Shown: one piece after another, positions 9,341 to 19,750 of the stretch | How the letters are laid out: every line of letters starts with the position of its first letter | Numbering within the stretch: the first letter of the stretch is position 1 | IMG/VR virus record: IMGVR_UViG_3300027563_000022 | Location: 1-33,895 of that record | Direction: 5' to 3' (one strand) | DNA length: 33,895 nt | Source of the DNA: a virus | Lineage: Duplodnaviria > Caudoviricetes | Notes under the pieces: model-generated | The model's database searches: none | What the model was told of the DNA's origin: nothing | The model's input: only the letters and a program-made list of their open reading frames with translations | Translations under genes and position numbers: made by a program

Positions 9341-10486
9341 TTACTCTGCTGCAGCGTCTGCGTATGCAATTGCATCCTGCTCTTCCCATTGAAGTCCAAA
9401 GCGTACGAAGACTGTATATTCTACAGTGTCCTTCTTAGGCTTGTATTCACGGTTAACAGTGATGTCACGCTGGAATCCCCATACACGGTTCTGTGGGAAT
9501 GTCAAGTCGACATATCCTGCAGGGTAGTAAGGAACTTCTTGTACGTCAACTCCGAGGACACGTGTTGTACGTGCTCCACCGAATGTCTGTGCTCCACCAT
9601 CAAGATATGCTTGACGGTTTGTTGGAGTACCACCAGCCTGAGAAGCAAATGCTTCTGCGACTGCGTCTGCTAGAGTACCGTTATTCTTAACGATTCCCTG
9701 GAATGCATCTGTACCAGCATAGAACTTCAAGTTAGACTTGATAGCACGATACTTGCGTGGCATTGCTGTGATGATTTGCTGCATTACATCAGTTGTCCAG
9801 GCGTCATTAGCGACTGTAACTACTGCTTCGTGTGCATCTCCATCAGTCTTGACACGATTTACGAAACCTTCCATGATTGAAAGGAATGAATCTGATCCTG
9901 CACCTGTTCCGTTGATTGCAAGGTCTTCGATATCATTACCGAAAGCGTTTGTCATCAAGCGTACAATGTGATCTTCTAGTTGTGCACCTTCGATGTTATC
10001 TTCTAGTGCTTCAGTTGCTACTTCCCAGTCAAGACGAATCTTCTTTGTAGTCAATTCAACCTTTGAGAATGTTGCACCTGCGTTTGTGTAGTCGCCAACT
10101 GCTTGCGCTGCTGCACGAATAACACGCTCTCCGACGTTTACCTTTTCGAGTTCCATTGTATTGGCTCTCATAGTAACACGACGGCCATCTTGGGCGAGAG
10201 TGGTTGCATCCCACACGTAGTCGATAAAACGACGTGCTTGCTCTGGGCGTAGGATACCTGATCCAGCCTCACCTGAAGGGTTAACTGCATTTGGTCCAGT
10301 GTTAACTCCTGATAGTGCTGTTGGGATATTACCCAAGACACCACCATCGGTGTAATTACCTGGTGTGTTTGAACCTGCATCTGATCCAGATGCGAACGCT
10401 CCCTGACCCTGATAGAGTCCTGGTGCTGTTCCGCCTAGGTTACCTGAAGTACCTGGCTGGTTCTTTTCTATATTTTGTTCCGACAT
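9341..10486 (-). CDS. Major capsid protein (HK97 fold)
   Basis: 381 aa; 'GILRPEQARRFID', 'VELTTKKIRLDWEVATEALEDNIEG', 'EDLAINGTG'; strong AGGAGGTG RBS; follows the protease gene. Confidence 0.92.
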   Translation of the reverse strand: MSEQNIEKNQPGTSGNLGGTAPGLYQGQGAFASGSDAGSNTPGNYTDGGVLGNIPTALSGVNTGPNAVNPSGEAGSGILRPEQARRFIDYVWDATTLAQDGRRVTMRANTMELEKVNVGERVIRAAAQAVGDYTNAGATFSKVELTTKKIRLDWEVATEALEDNIEGAQLEDHIVRLMTNAFGNDIEDLAINGTGAGSDSFLSIMEGFVNRVKTDGDAHEAVVTVANDAWTTDVMQQIITAMPRKYRAIKSNLKFYAGTDAFQGIVKNNGTLADAVAEAFASQAGGTPTNRQAYLDGGAQTFGGARTTRVLGVDVQEVPYYPAGYVDLTFPQNRVWGFQRDITVNREYKPKKDTVEYTVFVRFGLQWEEQDAIAYADAAAE

Positions 10487-10509
10487 ATTGTCACCTCCTG
10501 TGATTTTTT

Positions 10510-11091
10510 CTAAATGAATAGATCGGCTGTTTTGAGGAAACTACCGCCCCATAGGGATTTTTCAACCGTTTCAGGCTGATTCTGTACTATCTCGCCGAGA
10601 TCGCCAGACTTTCGGAAAGCAGTGTCTTGCTCTACAAGTTCCACACGCTTACCAAATTCATTGAATGTATTTGCTGCTGTTGCAATATCTTTTGCAACTG
10701 CCTCAAATGATGTTTTTGCTGTTTCAACATCTACCTTTGTAGACTTAAGCATTTCTACTTCTGCCTGCAATGACTTAACTGTTAAAACTAGATCGCTAAA
10801 GGCTTTTTCAAGACCATCGTTAGTTTCTGTAACTGCTTCTGCTACTGCTTCTGCAACTACTTCGTCTGACTTAGGAGCCATTGGCTTCTTGTCTTCTGCT
10901 TCTTCCTCTTTTGCATCAGCCTTTGAATCGCATTCACATGCGTCCATTGCCTTTCCGCAGTCTGCACATGGTGCAGCCTTTGTAACTTCCTGAGTATTAG
11001 CATCTGCCTCTGGAGCGACCTCTGACTTTGTTACTTCTACTGCTACTTCTGTTTCAATAACTTCCGCAACGATTTCTGTATTTTCTGTCAT
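10510..11091 (-). CDS. Probable nested in-frame scaffolding protein (193 aa, starts at Met252)
   Basis: AAGGAGGT (11099-11106) lies 7 nt before in-frame ATG 11091, at the protease/scaffold boundary. Confidence 0.65.
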   Translation of the reverse strand: MTENTEIVAEVIETEVAVEVTKSEVAPEADANTQEVTKAAPCADCGKAMDACECDSKADAKEEEAEDKKPMAPKSDEVVAEAVAEAVTETNDGLEKAFSDLVLTVKSLQAEVEMLKSTKVDVETAKTSFEAVAKDIATAANTFNEFGKRVELVEQDTAFRKSGDLGEIVQNQPETVEKSLWGGSFLKTADLFI

Positions 11092-11844
11092 AGGACTTAC
11101 CTCCTTGTTAATCTTAGAAGTATTAATGCCTTTAGCACTATCAACTAAGAATTTCATCATGTTTATTTTTTCGCTATCCGTTTTTTCAACGAAACCTATG
11201 TTCTTCATTTCTGTTCCAGTTACTGGGCTCATGACAGTTTCTTCTTCTGACAACAAAACAATGCCATATTCTTTATCATAAAAAACATTTTCTAAAACTG
11301 TTTCATCGCCCTTAACAACATCTAGTCCATCAACTTTTTCAACTGACATTATGTTTGCAAACTGATTTGCTGGGGAATCTACAAGACTCAACTCAACTAA
11401 ATCGTATTCTTTAATAACTCTAATTGGCTTATCCGCTTTCTCATCATAAGCATCGTCCCATTTATTCATTTTTCCGCCAATTGAAAAACCAGTTAGTGTT
11501 CCATCTAGAACTTTTTCCCAGGTATCTTGTGCACCCTTTGAAACATATGCGGATACAAAAACTCCACTATAAAACTTCTTTGATTCTGGATCAAAATACT
11601 TATCTTCTTTAAATGAAACCATTTTACCTACTGCTAGTGGTTGGTGCATTTCTCTAATGTTCCCACGAAATTTTGCAAATGCATCCATTGATGCTTCTGC
11701 TGTTACGATGTCGTCTTGCTTATCAAGATTGTCTAAAGATGCAAAACCAGAAACGATTCGACGCTCTTTGTCTACTTTTGCAAATGGAAGGGATAGGCGA
11801 ACACTGTCGCCCTTAGTGTCCCAATGGGCTTTAGATATATTCAT
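10510..11844 (-). CDS. Prohead maturation protease fused to scaffold domain
   Basis: HK97-type protease motifs 'IREMHQ' (His), 'GFSIGG' (Ser) and 'ELSLVDSPAN'; acidic coiled-coil C-terminal half. Confidence 0.9.
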   Translation of the reverse strand: MNISKAHWDTKGDSVRLSLPFAKVDKERRIVSGFASLDNLDKQDDIVTAEASMDAFAKFRGNIREMHQPLAVGKMVSFKEDKYFDPESKKFYSGVFVSAYVSKGAQDTWEKVLDGTLTGFSIGGKMNKWDDAYDEKADKPIRVIKEYDLVELSLVDSPANQFANIMSVEKVDGLDVVKGDETVLENVFYDKEYGIVLLSEEETVMSPVTGTEMKNIGFVEKTDSEKINMMKFLVDSAKGINTSKINKEVSPMTENTEIVAEVIETEVAVEVTKSEVAPEADANTQEVTKAAPCADCGKAMDACECDSKADAKEEEAEDKKPMAPKSDEVVAEAVAEAVTETNDGLEKAFSDLVLTVKSLQAEVEMLKSTKVDVETAKTSFEAVAKDIATAANTFNEFGKRVELVEQDTAFRKSGDLGEIVQNQPETVEKSLWGGSFLKTADLFI

Positions 11845-11894
11845 GGTTATTATATTATATACCCTTTTTTACTAAAGTATCACTATTTGGACAT

Positions 11895-13490
11895 TTAGAA
11901 AATGTCATCAAACTTTCTGCCTTCACCCTTTGGATTACGACCACTTACTGTGGCTGGCCCATCGGACTGATTGTTAGTTCTTTCTGTGTCCCTTGCTCTG
12001 TCTGAATTATCGCTTGAGACTTGTTCTGGCTTAAGTTGAAGTGGCTCGTTGCCACCCTCAATCTGTGGAAGGCCAAGAAGTTCTCTTCCTTCGTTTGGAA
12101 GCATTACCTGAGTCTTGACAAGTCGTTCAATAATCTGTGATTGTGCAATCTCGTCTGTTAGAGTAAGTTCATTAAACTTAAACTCAAGAATATCTGTTTT
12201 TTCTTTTACAATTTTGTTAATCATCTTCTCAAGGTTTCTCTGTGCTGGTCTTGCAACCTGCTCCTTAAAGGTACGGTCTTGAGATAGAGCAGCAGCAATT
12301 GCTGAAGAATCAGATCCACCAATCTTAGAAAGAGGGACTTGGTGAGCAACAAGAATGTCGTCTCTATTCTGCTTTCTATATTCTTTAAATGATGCTTCCT
12401 GAATTCCGTTCTCCACGGGATCCATCTTAAACTCAACCTTGTTTGTATCAGAATCTCCTGGAAGAGGAATATAAAGAGTTCTGTGGTTCTGACCCTTTAG
12501 CCCTGTTTGCAAGAACCTAAACATCTTATCTTCTGCCTCAGCAGATAACTTTGCGCCCTTAAGAGTTACAACATATCTTGGAGTTGCTTTGTTCTGGAAG
12601 TAGTCAATGTTGTACTGTGATGCAAGTTGATCTCCGTGCAGTGATCCAATTGCAGACATAATATCTGGTACACCGTAAAAAGTGTTTAGTGGTGAATATT
12701 CTTTAAAATGAATAATCTCGTTTGGTCTTGGATCTGTTCCAAGTGGATTTGGATTAGTTGCCCCAAAGTTGCGGAAGTAAACAACCTTGTTACCAATAAC
12801 TTGAACATAGCCATCACGCAACCTACGCACACGCATTGTTGTAGATGGAATATGGCCAACATAACCAATCTCTCCACGAGTAGTTCTACCAACTTCGAGG
12901 TACGCATTGCCCGTTGATTGAAGATCAGTAAATACCTTTTCCATAGTTGTTGTGAAAGAATCTTCATCGTTTAAAGACTCCAGCCAATCAGTCATTTCAA
13001 TCTTTGCTCTTTCAATTCTTTTTCTTGCATTCTCAGAAGTCTTTGGCTCTGATGCCTCTAACTTAAGCATAGTTCTTTTTGAAACCTTAAACTCGTATCC
13101 AAGACCAACAATGTTTTCTACCTTAGCATCAATTGCTGCGTGGTTAGCAAACGATGTGTCATAGAAACTTGCAAGTTCATACAAGTTCCATGGTGGAGTA
13201 ATTACATCAAAGAGTCCGTAAGCATTTCTAAATACTGCTCCTGAATTAATCTCTTTCGATCTTGCTCCATCAATACCAACACTGTCTGCTCTTGAACTAT
13301 CAATATATGCTTGAGTTGCTTCGCCTTTAATTATTCTAGAGGTTCTTCTTTTAAAGTTAGCGTCAAGTCCTTGAAGGTCTTTAATTACATCCCAAGATTG
13401 ATTGAATGGGTCTTGCTTTATAAATGTGTCATCTTCTGGAAGAGGAACATCTGTCTTTGCTCTAATAAAAAATTCTTTGTCTTCACTCAT
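11895..13490 (-). CDS. Portal protein
   Basis: 531 aa; 'DLQSTGNAYLEV', 'EIIHFK...YGVP', 'YFQNKATP', 'ILVAHQVP', 'PNEGRELLGLP' are typical of HK97/PBSX-family portals. Confidence 0.92.
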   Translation of the reverse strand: MSEDKEFFIRAKTDVPLPEDDTFIKQDPFNQSWDVIKDLQGLDANFKRRTSRIIKGEATQAYIDSSRADSVGIDGARSKEINSGAVFRNAYGLFDVITPPWNLYELASFYDTSFANHAAIDAKVENIVGLGYEFKVSKRTMLKLEASEPKTSENARKRIERAKIEMTDWLESLNDEDSFTTTMEKVFTDLQSTGNAYLEVGRTTRGEIGYVGHIPSTTMRVRRLRDGYVQVIGNKVVYFRNFGATNPNPLGTDPRPNEIIHFKEYSPLNTFYGVPDIMSAIGSLHGDQLASQYNIDYFQNKATPRYVVTLKGAKLSAEAEDKMFRFLQTGLKGQNHRTLYIPLPGDSDTNKVEFKMDPVENGIQEASFKEYRKQNRDDILVAHQVPLSKIGGSDSSAIAAALSQDRTFKEQVARPAQRNLEKMINKIVKEKTDILEFKFNELTLTDEIAQSQIIERLVKTQVMLPNEGRELLGLPQIEGGNEPLQLKPEQVSSDNSDRARDTERTNNQSDGPATVSGRNPKGEGRKFDDIF

Positions 13491-13894
13491 TAGTCATCAC
13501 TTCCGTATTTCGCAATAGTGTCCTTGGCTGCCTGAACTGCTCCAAGATCGTTCATTGAAGGAATAAGTCCTTCTGATAGTCTTTGCTTTTGCTCAGAGTA
13601 TTCTTCTTCTGATATTCTTGTTAATCCTGGAACGAATACGCATGTTCCATCTCCTTCATCCCCGTAATATTTTGCTGCTTCTTTAAGTTTAGATATCTGA
13701 AGGATGTCGCCTTTTTGAGATTGAATGTTTAAAACAGAACCAGTTCCATCTGTAAACCACTTTCCGTTAGCCTTCTTGTATACATAAAGACCCCACTCAT
13801 AGTGCTTTTCAATAATCTTTACACGAGATTCTCCTACTTGGCCTTTCATTCTTGGTAAAGGCTTGCGCTTTTTCTTTGGATTTTCCATATTCAT
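13490..13894 (-). CDS. Hypothetical protein
   Basis: About 134 aa; likely leaderless ATG at 13894; stop overlaps the portal start (TAATG). Confidence 0.75.
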   Translation of the reverse strand: MNMENPKKKRKPLPRMKGQVGESRVKIIEKHYEWGLYVYKKANGKWFTDGTGSVLNIQSQKGDILQISKLKEAAKYYGDEGDGTCVFVPGLTRISEEEYSEQKQRLSEGLIPSMNDLGAVQAAKDTIAKYGSDD

Positions 13895-13901
13895 AACCAC
13901 A

Positions 13902-13910
13902 AGTATACCA
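13902..13910 (-). promoter_or_regulatory. Extended -10 promoter TGGTATACT, leaderless start
   Basis: 7 nt upstream of ATG 13894, inside a very short intergenic gap. Confidence 0.65.
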
Positions 13911-13912
13911 TA

Positions 13913-16900
13913 TTACACTGCATTTTGTGTAGAACTTTGCCAAGCAACTTCCATATCAAACAAATATCCATAAGAATTTAACCTAAGTAGCCTGGTATCG
14001 TCCACAATAAACTTGTTTGTTCCAACGTAACTATTATAAATATCTGATGGATCTACTCCGTAGTATGAGGTAGTTGCTAAAACTAACACCCCTTGCCAGT
14101 TATAGGTTGGGTTCCAGTATTCCCAGTCTAGAGGCAAAGGTCCGTTATATTTTACCTTAAACCATGGTCTCTCTGTAATGTTTTGAACCTCTTGAAGGTT
14201 TGTTGATTTATAATGTGAAACTAAATTAACTAGTATTGGACCATTAATTTTAATAGACCCAACATAATTAGAAAAATCTAATAAACTAGAGAAAGAAATT
14301 CCAAGCATTCCCCACTCACGAATAGTAATGTTGGGTTCTTTTACAATGTTTCCATTCCAGTAAAATCCAATACCGTCCTCAATTTCCCCAGTGTTTGCAT
14401 CAACGGCATATATTTTTGCTCGTTTACCATCTGGATGGCTTGCAACCATAAAAAATTTAAGTAGTCTTCCTTTGCTTTCAATTTCAAAAATCTGTGTTGG
14501 AGAGTAAGGGAAAAAATCTTGATCATATCTCAATGCTGCCTGCATTGCCATTACCTTGTAGTCTGAAGACTCACTAGAGTTAATTGGTATTGCAAGCCCT
14601 CGATTTACTAATGGGTCGTAAGAGCCCTTAACCTGAATACCAGAACTTCTAGTTAAATAAAGATACGGCGATGTACCTTTGTATATTGTGTAAGGGTTCA
14701 ATCCTTTGTAATCATAATATATTCCAGACTTTTTATATGGATATACTGGAACACCAAATCTTGTTCCTATTGGATTTGCTGAAGATTCGTTATACGCTTG
14801 TGATGCTAATTGCAGACTTTTTATTTTTATTGGATTATTTCTTGTGCCTAAAACTTTAAAATCTAAACGAATTACAATATATAAATCATTAAAGTCAATT
14901 CCCTTTGGTGGATAGATTAGCATTCCATCAACAACTTCGTACTTTGTGTTCATAAAAGAATCGTAAATTGGACTTCCGTCTTCTTTATATCCAACAACAT
15001 AAGTTCCTGGTTCAATAATTCCATTTTTATTTGCATTAACTGTAACAGTGAAATATGAATCTATGTTTGTTGAAGAACTAGACAAATACTCAAATGTTAT
15101 ATATGATTTTACTAATGATGAGGATGTGTCATAAGAGTATGCTTTAGAAGATTTATTTTTTAAATCTTGGTAGTCTACGTACCCAGTATATAAGTGATTG
15201 TCTAAAGACTCATAAGTTCTTTGAATTGGATTTTCATACTGCGACTGTAAGTCTTCGTATTTCCAAGAACCAACCGTTTCTTTTTCTATATACTTTGACG
15301 GGGCAGGGTAATTTAAATTGAACTGAATAAAATCTAAATCATAATAAGAGTCACCCCTTGAGTTAGTTACATACTGTGCAAAATGCCTAAGAGCAACCTT
15401 GTCTTCCCAGTATCCATCCACATCAATATCTAAAACAAATTTATCAAAGTAAACCTTTGGAGAAAGTGTATAACTTGCTACGTGATCAATAAGTTGAACC
15501 GAAGAATAGGTTGATGGGAAACCACCTTGCAGGATGTAGTCCCAGAAGTATTGGCTTGCACCTGAGTACTGTCCAGCATCATAGTCTATGTAGGGTCCAA
15601 AAGTATCAAAAACATTCTCAAAATCTGTTGGCACACCAAAGTCATTAAACAGTTCGTTAATTAATAAAAAGTTTCTTTCTGTAGCAAAGCCAATCTTATA
15701 AATATTTCCAGTAAATGTTTTATCTAGTTCTTTATTTCCACCAGCATAAAGTTTTAGAGATCCACGATTACCAAAGAATGCTCTAGTGTTGTTTCCGTAA
15801 TACTCTGAAAACGTATCAATATCTATTCCAACCGTAAATTCTTCACCTACAACTGCAGTTATAGATGTGTAAATTATTTCTTGATCATCTCCAAATTTTA
15901 ACTTATAGTCAATAATTAGATTTGGTTTTAATTCAATAGAGAAACTATTGTTTGTTGATACGTCTTCTACTTTAAATAAAATTTGATTTGATGTTGGAGC
16001 AGACAGTATTTTAAATACACCATAAAAACATTTTACTGGGTTGTTTGTTATGTTTAGTTTATCAAAAACAAGATATCCATTTGTAGAATTCCATCCCGCA
16101 TTTGGCCTCATTCTTATATACAAGTTGTCTTCGTTTGGCAATAACTTACAGTCTTGGTAGAACTGAGTTGATGTTTTGTTTGTAAAGAATAATTCTGGAA
16201 GGGAATAAGTGGGTGCAAAAAGAGAGGTTGCAGATGTTTCTAAGTTATCAATAGATGCGTCTGACCACCTAACTAAATCTGGATATGAGTAATTTTTAGT
16301 GTAGTCAGCAAAGGAGTAATCTATAAACATGGAGGTTCCGCTATAGGATGCATTAATATTTTCTGGTAATTCTACGCCCTGCCCATAAACAAATCTTCTT
16401 TTTGCTACCAAAGAAGGAACTTGATATGGATATATTGCTACACAGTCTATCTCTATTGGAGACACATCCTCATAAGCATAGAAACCTATCCAGTCTTGAT
16501 CGTCTTCATTTTGATCATACTTATTTGGAAAACTAAGATTGTTTGTTATATAGTTTAAAGAAATTACTTGCTCTCCGTTTATTAAAAGATTTGCAGAGTT
16601 ATCGGTTATTCTTATATGAACCAACATTGGCCTAGTCCATTCTCCAATGTAATGAGAAGAATAGTTATCACCTATTTTTAAAGTAATGAAAGGGCCCTCA
16701 ACATATATTCCGTCAGTTGAAGCAATTGGACCACAAATTCTTTTTTTATCTTTAGTGTCTGAATTAATTCTCATCCACATTTCAAGAGTGTACTCTTTAA
16801 ACTTTCCTTCCTCATTTAAAAATCCGTGGCCAGGAATAATTAATGAAGGTGCTCCTGCGTTAGGGCTAATTATTGTTGTGCCTTTAGAACCATAGACCAA

Positions 16901-17656
16901 AGGTATCCCAGAGTTTTTTGCAAGAAGCGCATTATCTTTAATAAAATAATATCCAGGTTTTTGTATTAGTCCATAAGACTTTGCCTCAATTACATCTGAT
17001 GAAGTTAGAGATATTGAGGATGGAAGTTGTTCTTTTGATATTCCTAAAGATGTTGAGTGAAAGTCTTCTGACCATTGTCCTACCGTAACACCATTAATTA
17101 AAAATTGATAGTCTTCTGTTGATGTTGCTCCACCTACATATCTGATCTTAATTACAATGCTAAACGTAGTGTTTTCTGGTGGTATCTCAAATGTTTCTGC
17201 AACAAAAAACCAGTTTTGATATATAGATGTATTATAGTTTTTAAGTTTTTGAATCTTTTGACCTGTCATTGAGTCATAGTATTCATATCCTATTTCTATG
17301 TTTGATATGTAAGAACTTATTGAATATAAATATGCTCCAACTGCAAATGTAGACATATAAGAGTTTAGTTCTGAAAAATTTAATATGTCTTTACTAATAC
17401 AAACAACTTCGCCAAAATCCTCTGAAGTGAGATCTCCAATAATTTTAGATACAGAACTATCTATAAATGGTTCATCAATTGATTGCGGATAAGAAGAAAC
17501 TGTTCCTCCAGTTATATCCCATTTTGTTGAATCAGATAAAACTCTTTGGTTTTCTGTAATCAAAGAAACATAATCTGCTTTATCATCTAAAGCCCACAAA
17601 ACAGTTGGGTGTTCAGAAAACACCTTCTCTGCGTATAGGTTTGATGGATTAGACAT
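13913..17656 (-). CDS. Large putative virion protein with concanavalin A/LamG-like beta domains
   Basis: 1247 aa, aromatic and beta-rich; 'PTVLWALDD', 'YTLEMWMR', 'LLINGEQV', 'IDCVAIYPY' resemble LamG-like domains. Function inferred. Confidence 0.55.
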   Translation of the reverse strand: MSNPSNLYAEKVFSEHPTVLWALDDKADYVSLITENQRVLSDSTKWDITGGTVSSYPQSIDEPFIDSSVSKIIGDLTSEDFGEVVCISKDILNFSELNSYMSTFAVGAYLYSISSYISNIEIGYEYYDSMTGQKIQKLKNYNTSIYQNWFFVAETFEIPPENTTFSIVIKIRYVGGATSTEDYQFLINGVTVGQWSEDFHSTSLGISKEQLPSSISLTSSDVIEAKSYGLIQKPGYYFIKDNALLAKNSGIPLVYGSKGTTIISPNAGAPSLIIPGHGFLNEEGKFKEYTLEMWMRINSDTKDKKRICGPIASTDGIYVEGPFITLKIGDNYSSHYIGEWTRPMLVHIRITDNSANLLINGEQVISLNYITNNLSFPNKYDQNEDDQDWIGFYAYEDVSPIEIDCVAIYPYQVPSLVAKRRFVYGQGVELPENINASYSGTSMFIDYSFADYTKNYSYPDLVRWSDASIDNLETSATSLFAPTYSLPELFFTNKTSTQFYQDCKLLPNEDNLYIRMRPNAGWNSTNGYLVFDKLNITNNPVKCFYGVFKILSAPTSNQILFKVEDVSTNNSFSIELKPNLIIDYKLKFGDDQEIIYTSITAVVGEEFTVGIDIDTFSEYYGNNTRAFFGNRGSLKLYAGGNKELDKTFTGNIYKIGFATERNFLLINELFNDFGVPTDFENVFDTFGPYIDYDAGQYSGASQYFWDYILQGGFPSTYSSVQLIDHVASYTLSPKVYFDKFVLDIDVDGYWEDKVALRHFAQYVTNSRGDSYYDLDFIQFNLNYPAPSKYIEKETVGSWKYEDLQSQYENPIQRTYESLDNHLYTGYVDYQDLKNKSSKAYSYDTSSSLVKSYITFEYLSSSSTNIDSYFTVTVNANKNGIIEPGTYVVGYKEDGSPIYDSFMNTKYEVVDGMLIYPPKGIDFNDLYIVIRLDFKVLGTRNNPIKIKSLQLASQAYNESSANPIGTRFGVPVYPYKKSGIYYDYKGLNPYTIYKGTSPYLYLTRSSGIQVKGSYDPLVNRGLAIPINSSESSDYKVMAMQAALRYDQDFFPYSPTQIFEIESKGRLLKFFMVASHPDGKRAKIYAVDANTGEIEDGIGFYWNGNIVKEPNITIREWGMLGISFSSLLDFSNYVGSIKINGPILVNLVSHYKSTNLQEVQNITERPWFKVKYNGPLPLDWEYWNPTYNWQGVLVLATTSYYGVDPSDIYNSYVGTNKFIVDDTRLLRLNSYGYLFDMEVAWQSSTQNAV

Positions 17657-17665
17657 TATAGGTCT

Positions 17666-17674
17666 ATTTTATCA
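17666..17674 (-). promoter_or_regulatory. Extended -10 promoter TGATAAAAT
   Basis: In the 20-nt gap after the nrdJ stop, 9 nt before ATG 17656, with no SD. Confidence 0.5.
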
Positions 17675-17676
17675 TA

Positions 17677-19707
17677 CTAAGATACTTTTATTTCACAGTA
17701 ATCTGTAGTGCAGTATGCTTCACCTTGAGCCTCAAGATTATCTACACCGTCGTAAATTGCACCAAAGTCAATATGCTTCAACTTACCAATATATGACTCA
17801 TATTGCTCTTCAGTAATCTGAGTATATGGCTGCTGAGGATAAACGGTATTTCCCATTGGCAGGAATGACACTGCCTTTAGTTGTCCTTCATACATATTAA
17901 GTGCTGGAACAATATGCTTTGATTCTGTCTCTTTATCAAATGAAAGTGTTACAGAAACACCATTATCAGACCAGTACTTCTGAGCAGTTGCAGCAAGAGC
18001 AATCTTTTCAAATAATGTTACTTCCTTTTCAGATCTTGGATGACCTGATTTAATTGGGAAGTAAACTACTGATGTGTTTGCTGATACTACGTCATCTTCA
18101 ATTGTGTACCCTGCTGCTTTGAACAGGTGGATCATTGGATCTGTAGTTCCAAATCGAATTGCACGAAGGAAGAAGTTTCCTCCAGGACCCCAGTGAACTC
18201 CAGGAGTTGCACCAGAAAGAATTGAAACTGATCCTGATGGCTTAACTGTTGTTACACGAATTGATTCACGAACGCATAGCCATTCTGAATAGGAGTGATC
18301 GTATTTACGAATTGTTGTATATCCTTCATCCATCCACTCACGAACAACTGGCAAACCATTCTGATCTGCAAATGATGCAATGCCAGTAAGGGATGTACCA
18401 ATACGACGGTTGCGTTGCATGATACCGTTTGTTTGTGGCCAATGTGTTGGAACAAGTGTTACAGTCTTTCCATATAGGTATGCAAACTTCAGGGTACGCA
18501 GGAAGTCTTCCTTAGATTCATGACGATTCAAATGCACTTCTACAAGTGTACATAATTCGTATGACTCTAATGGCTGCTCCGCACAGGGATTAAAGCCCAT
18601 CACACGATAGTCTTTTCCATCTGGCGCATCCTTTAGTCTGCCATAATTACGAGCAACATCAAGCCAGATAAAACCTGGTTCTCCGTTTTCCGTAATTAAA
18701 TCTACATAGTCTTCGTACTTTGTTCCTACTTCTGCTGAAATAGAATTGTTAGACATCCAAGCCCAACCTGGATTTTCTGGATCAAATGAGTTACGCTCTG
18801 GGAATAGTTCTGAGTTCTTTAGGTTCATAAATGTTTCATCCCCCGCATTACCCAAAGCAAGAGTTGCTGAGCGACGAACATTGCCCGATACCACACAGGT
18901 ACCAATAAGGTTTACAAGGTCTACGATAGCACGAGAGTCTAGTGTTTCACCTGCTCTGGAGCCGATTACACGGTCTATATGGTCATGCAACTTGATAAGA
19001 GGTGCAGGGCCTGATGCAACGCCTCCAAAGCCCTTGATAGGGGCTCCAAGAGGTCTGATTAAATCATAGTTAAACTTCTGAATACTCTGGTTTGCTCTAA
19101 GGTAAGAGTTGATTAGAAGTCTAACTGACTCTACCCATCCTTCACGAGTGTCTGGGATTTCGAACACCTGTTCGGGCTCTGTTGGGGCATAGATTGAGAA
19201 ATTCTTATCCTGTCCTACTGTATCAAATCCTACACCAATACCAAGCATAAGAGCATCCATAACCCAAGCGAACAAGGCTCCTGGATCATTCTTATCAAGG
19301 TCTTTTGTAGATACCATTGCACAGTTTTGTAGTGCTGCAGAGTTTTTCTTTTCCATGGTCATAGGTGTTCCAAATGCCCACATACCACGACCTGGTGGTG
19401 TCCACTTTAGTTCAAACATTCTTTGGAATGCTTCTTGTGCAGACTTCTGAGCCTTGTAGTCATTCCATGGCAAACGGTTTTCTTTAGCATGATTCTTTTG
19501 TACTGAATACATACCCTCGATTACTCGACGACAAACTTCGTGCCATCTTTCCTTAGTTCCATCTTCCTTCATGCGAGAATATGTACGAATAAAAGTAATT
19601 TCTCCAAGTGAATTTTCTGCTGCATCTTTGAATCCGAATGGGCTTTCTTGAGATTTATACTTTTCTACGAAGTCCTCTGGAAGTTTAAAACTAAAAAAAT
19701 CTGACAT
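17677..19707 (-). CDS. nrdJ: Class II (adenosylcobalamin-dependent) ribonucleotide reductase, monomeric RTPR type
   Basis: 'RTYSR', 'PPGRG', 'LQNC', 'GNVRRSA', catalytic 'NPCAEQ', 'TTVKPSG', and C-terminal redox pair 'CTTDYC'; no beta-subunit gene nearby. Confidence 0.93.
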   Translation of the reverse strand: MSDFFSFKLPEDFVEKYKSQESPFGFKDAAENSLGEITFIRTYSRMKEDGTKERWHEVCRRVIEGMYSVQKNHAKENRLPWNDYKAQKSAQEAFQRMFELKWTPPGRGMWAFGTPMTMEKKNSAALQNCAMVSTKDLDKNDPGALFAWVMDALMLGIGVGFDTVGQDKNFSIYAPTEPEQVFEIPDTREGWVESVRLLINSYLRANQSIQKFNYDLIRPLGAPIKGFGGVASGPAPLIKLHDHIDRVIGSRAGETLDSRAIVDLVNLIGTCVVSGNVRRSATLALGNAGDETFMNLKNSELFPERNSFDPENPGWAWMSNNSISAEVGTKYEDYVDLITENGEPGFIWLDVARNYGRLKDAPDGKDYRVMGFNPCAEQPLESYELCTLVEVHLNRHESKEDFLRTLKFAYLYGKTVTLVPTHWPQTNGIMQRNRRIGTSLTGIASFADQNGLPVVREWMDEGYTTIRKYDHSYSEWLCVRESIRVTTVKPSGSVSILSGATPGVHWGPGGNFFLRAIRFGTTDPMIHLFKAAGYTIEDDVVSANTSVVYFPIKSGHPRSEKEVTLFEKIALAATAQKYWSDNGVSVTLSFDKETESKHIVPALNMYEGQLKAVSFLPMGNTVYPQQPYTQITEEQYESYIGKLKHIDFGAIYDGVDNLEAQGEAYCTTDYCEIKVS

Positions 19708-19741
19708 GTGTATCGTCCTTTCAAAAACGGATTAAGTGTTA

Positions 19742-19750
19742 AGTATAGCA
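19742..19750 (-). promoter_or_regulatory. Extended -10 promoter TGCTATACT for nrdJ
   Basis: About 35 nt upstream of ATG 19707; GAAAGGA RBS present. Confidence 0.55.
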
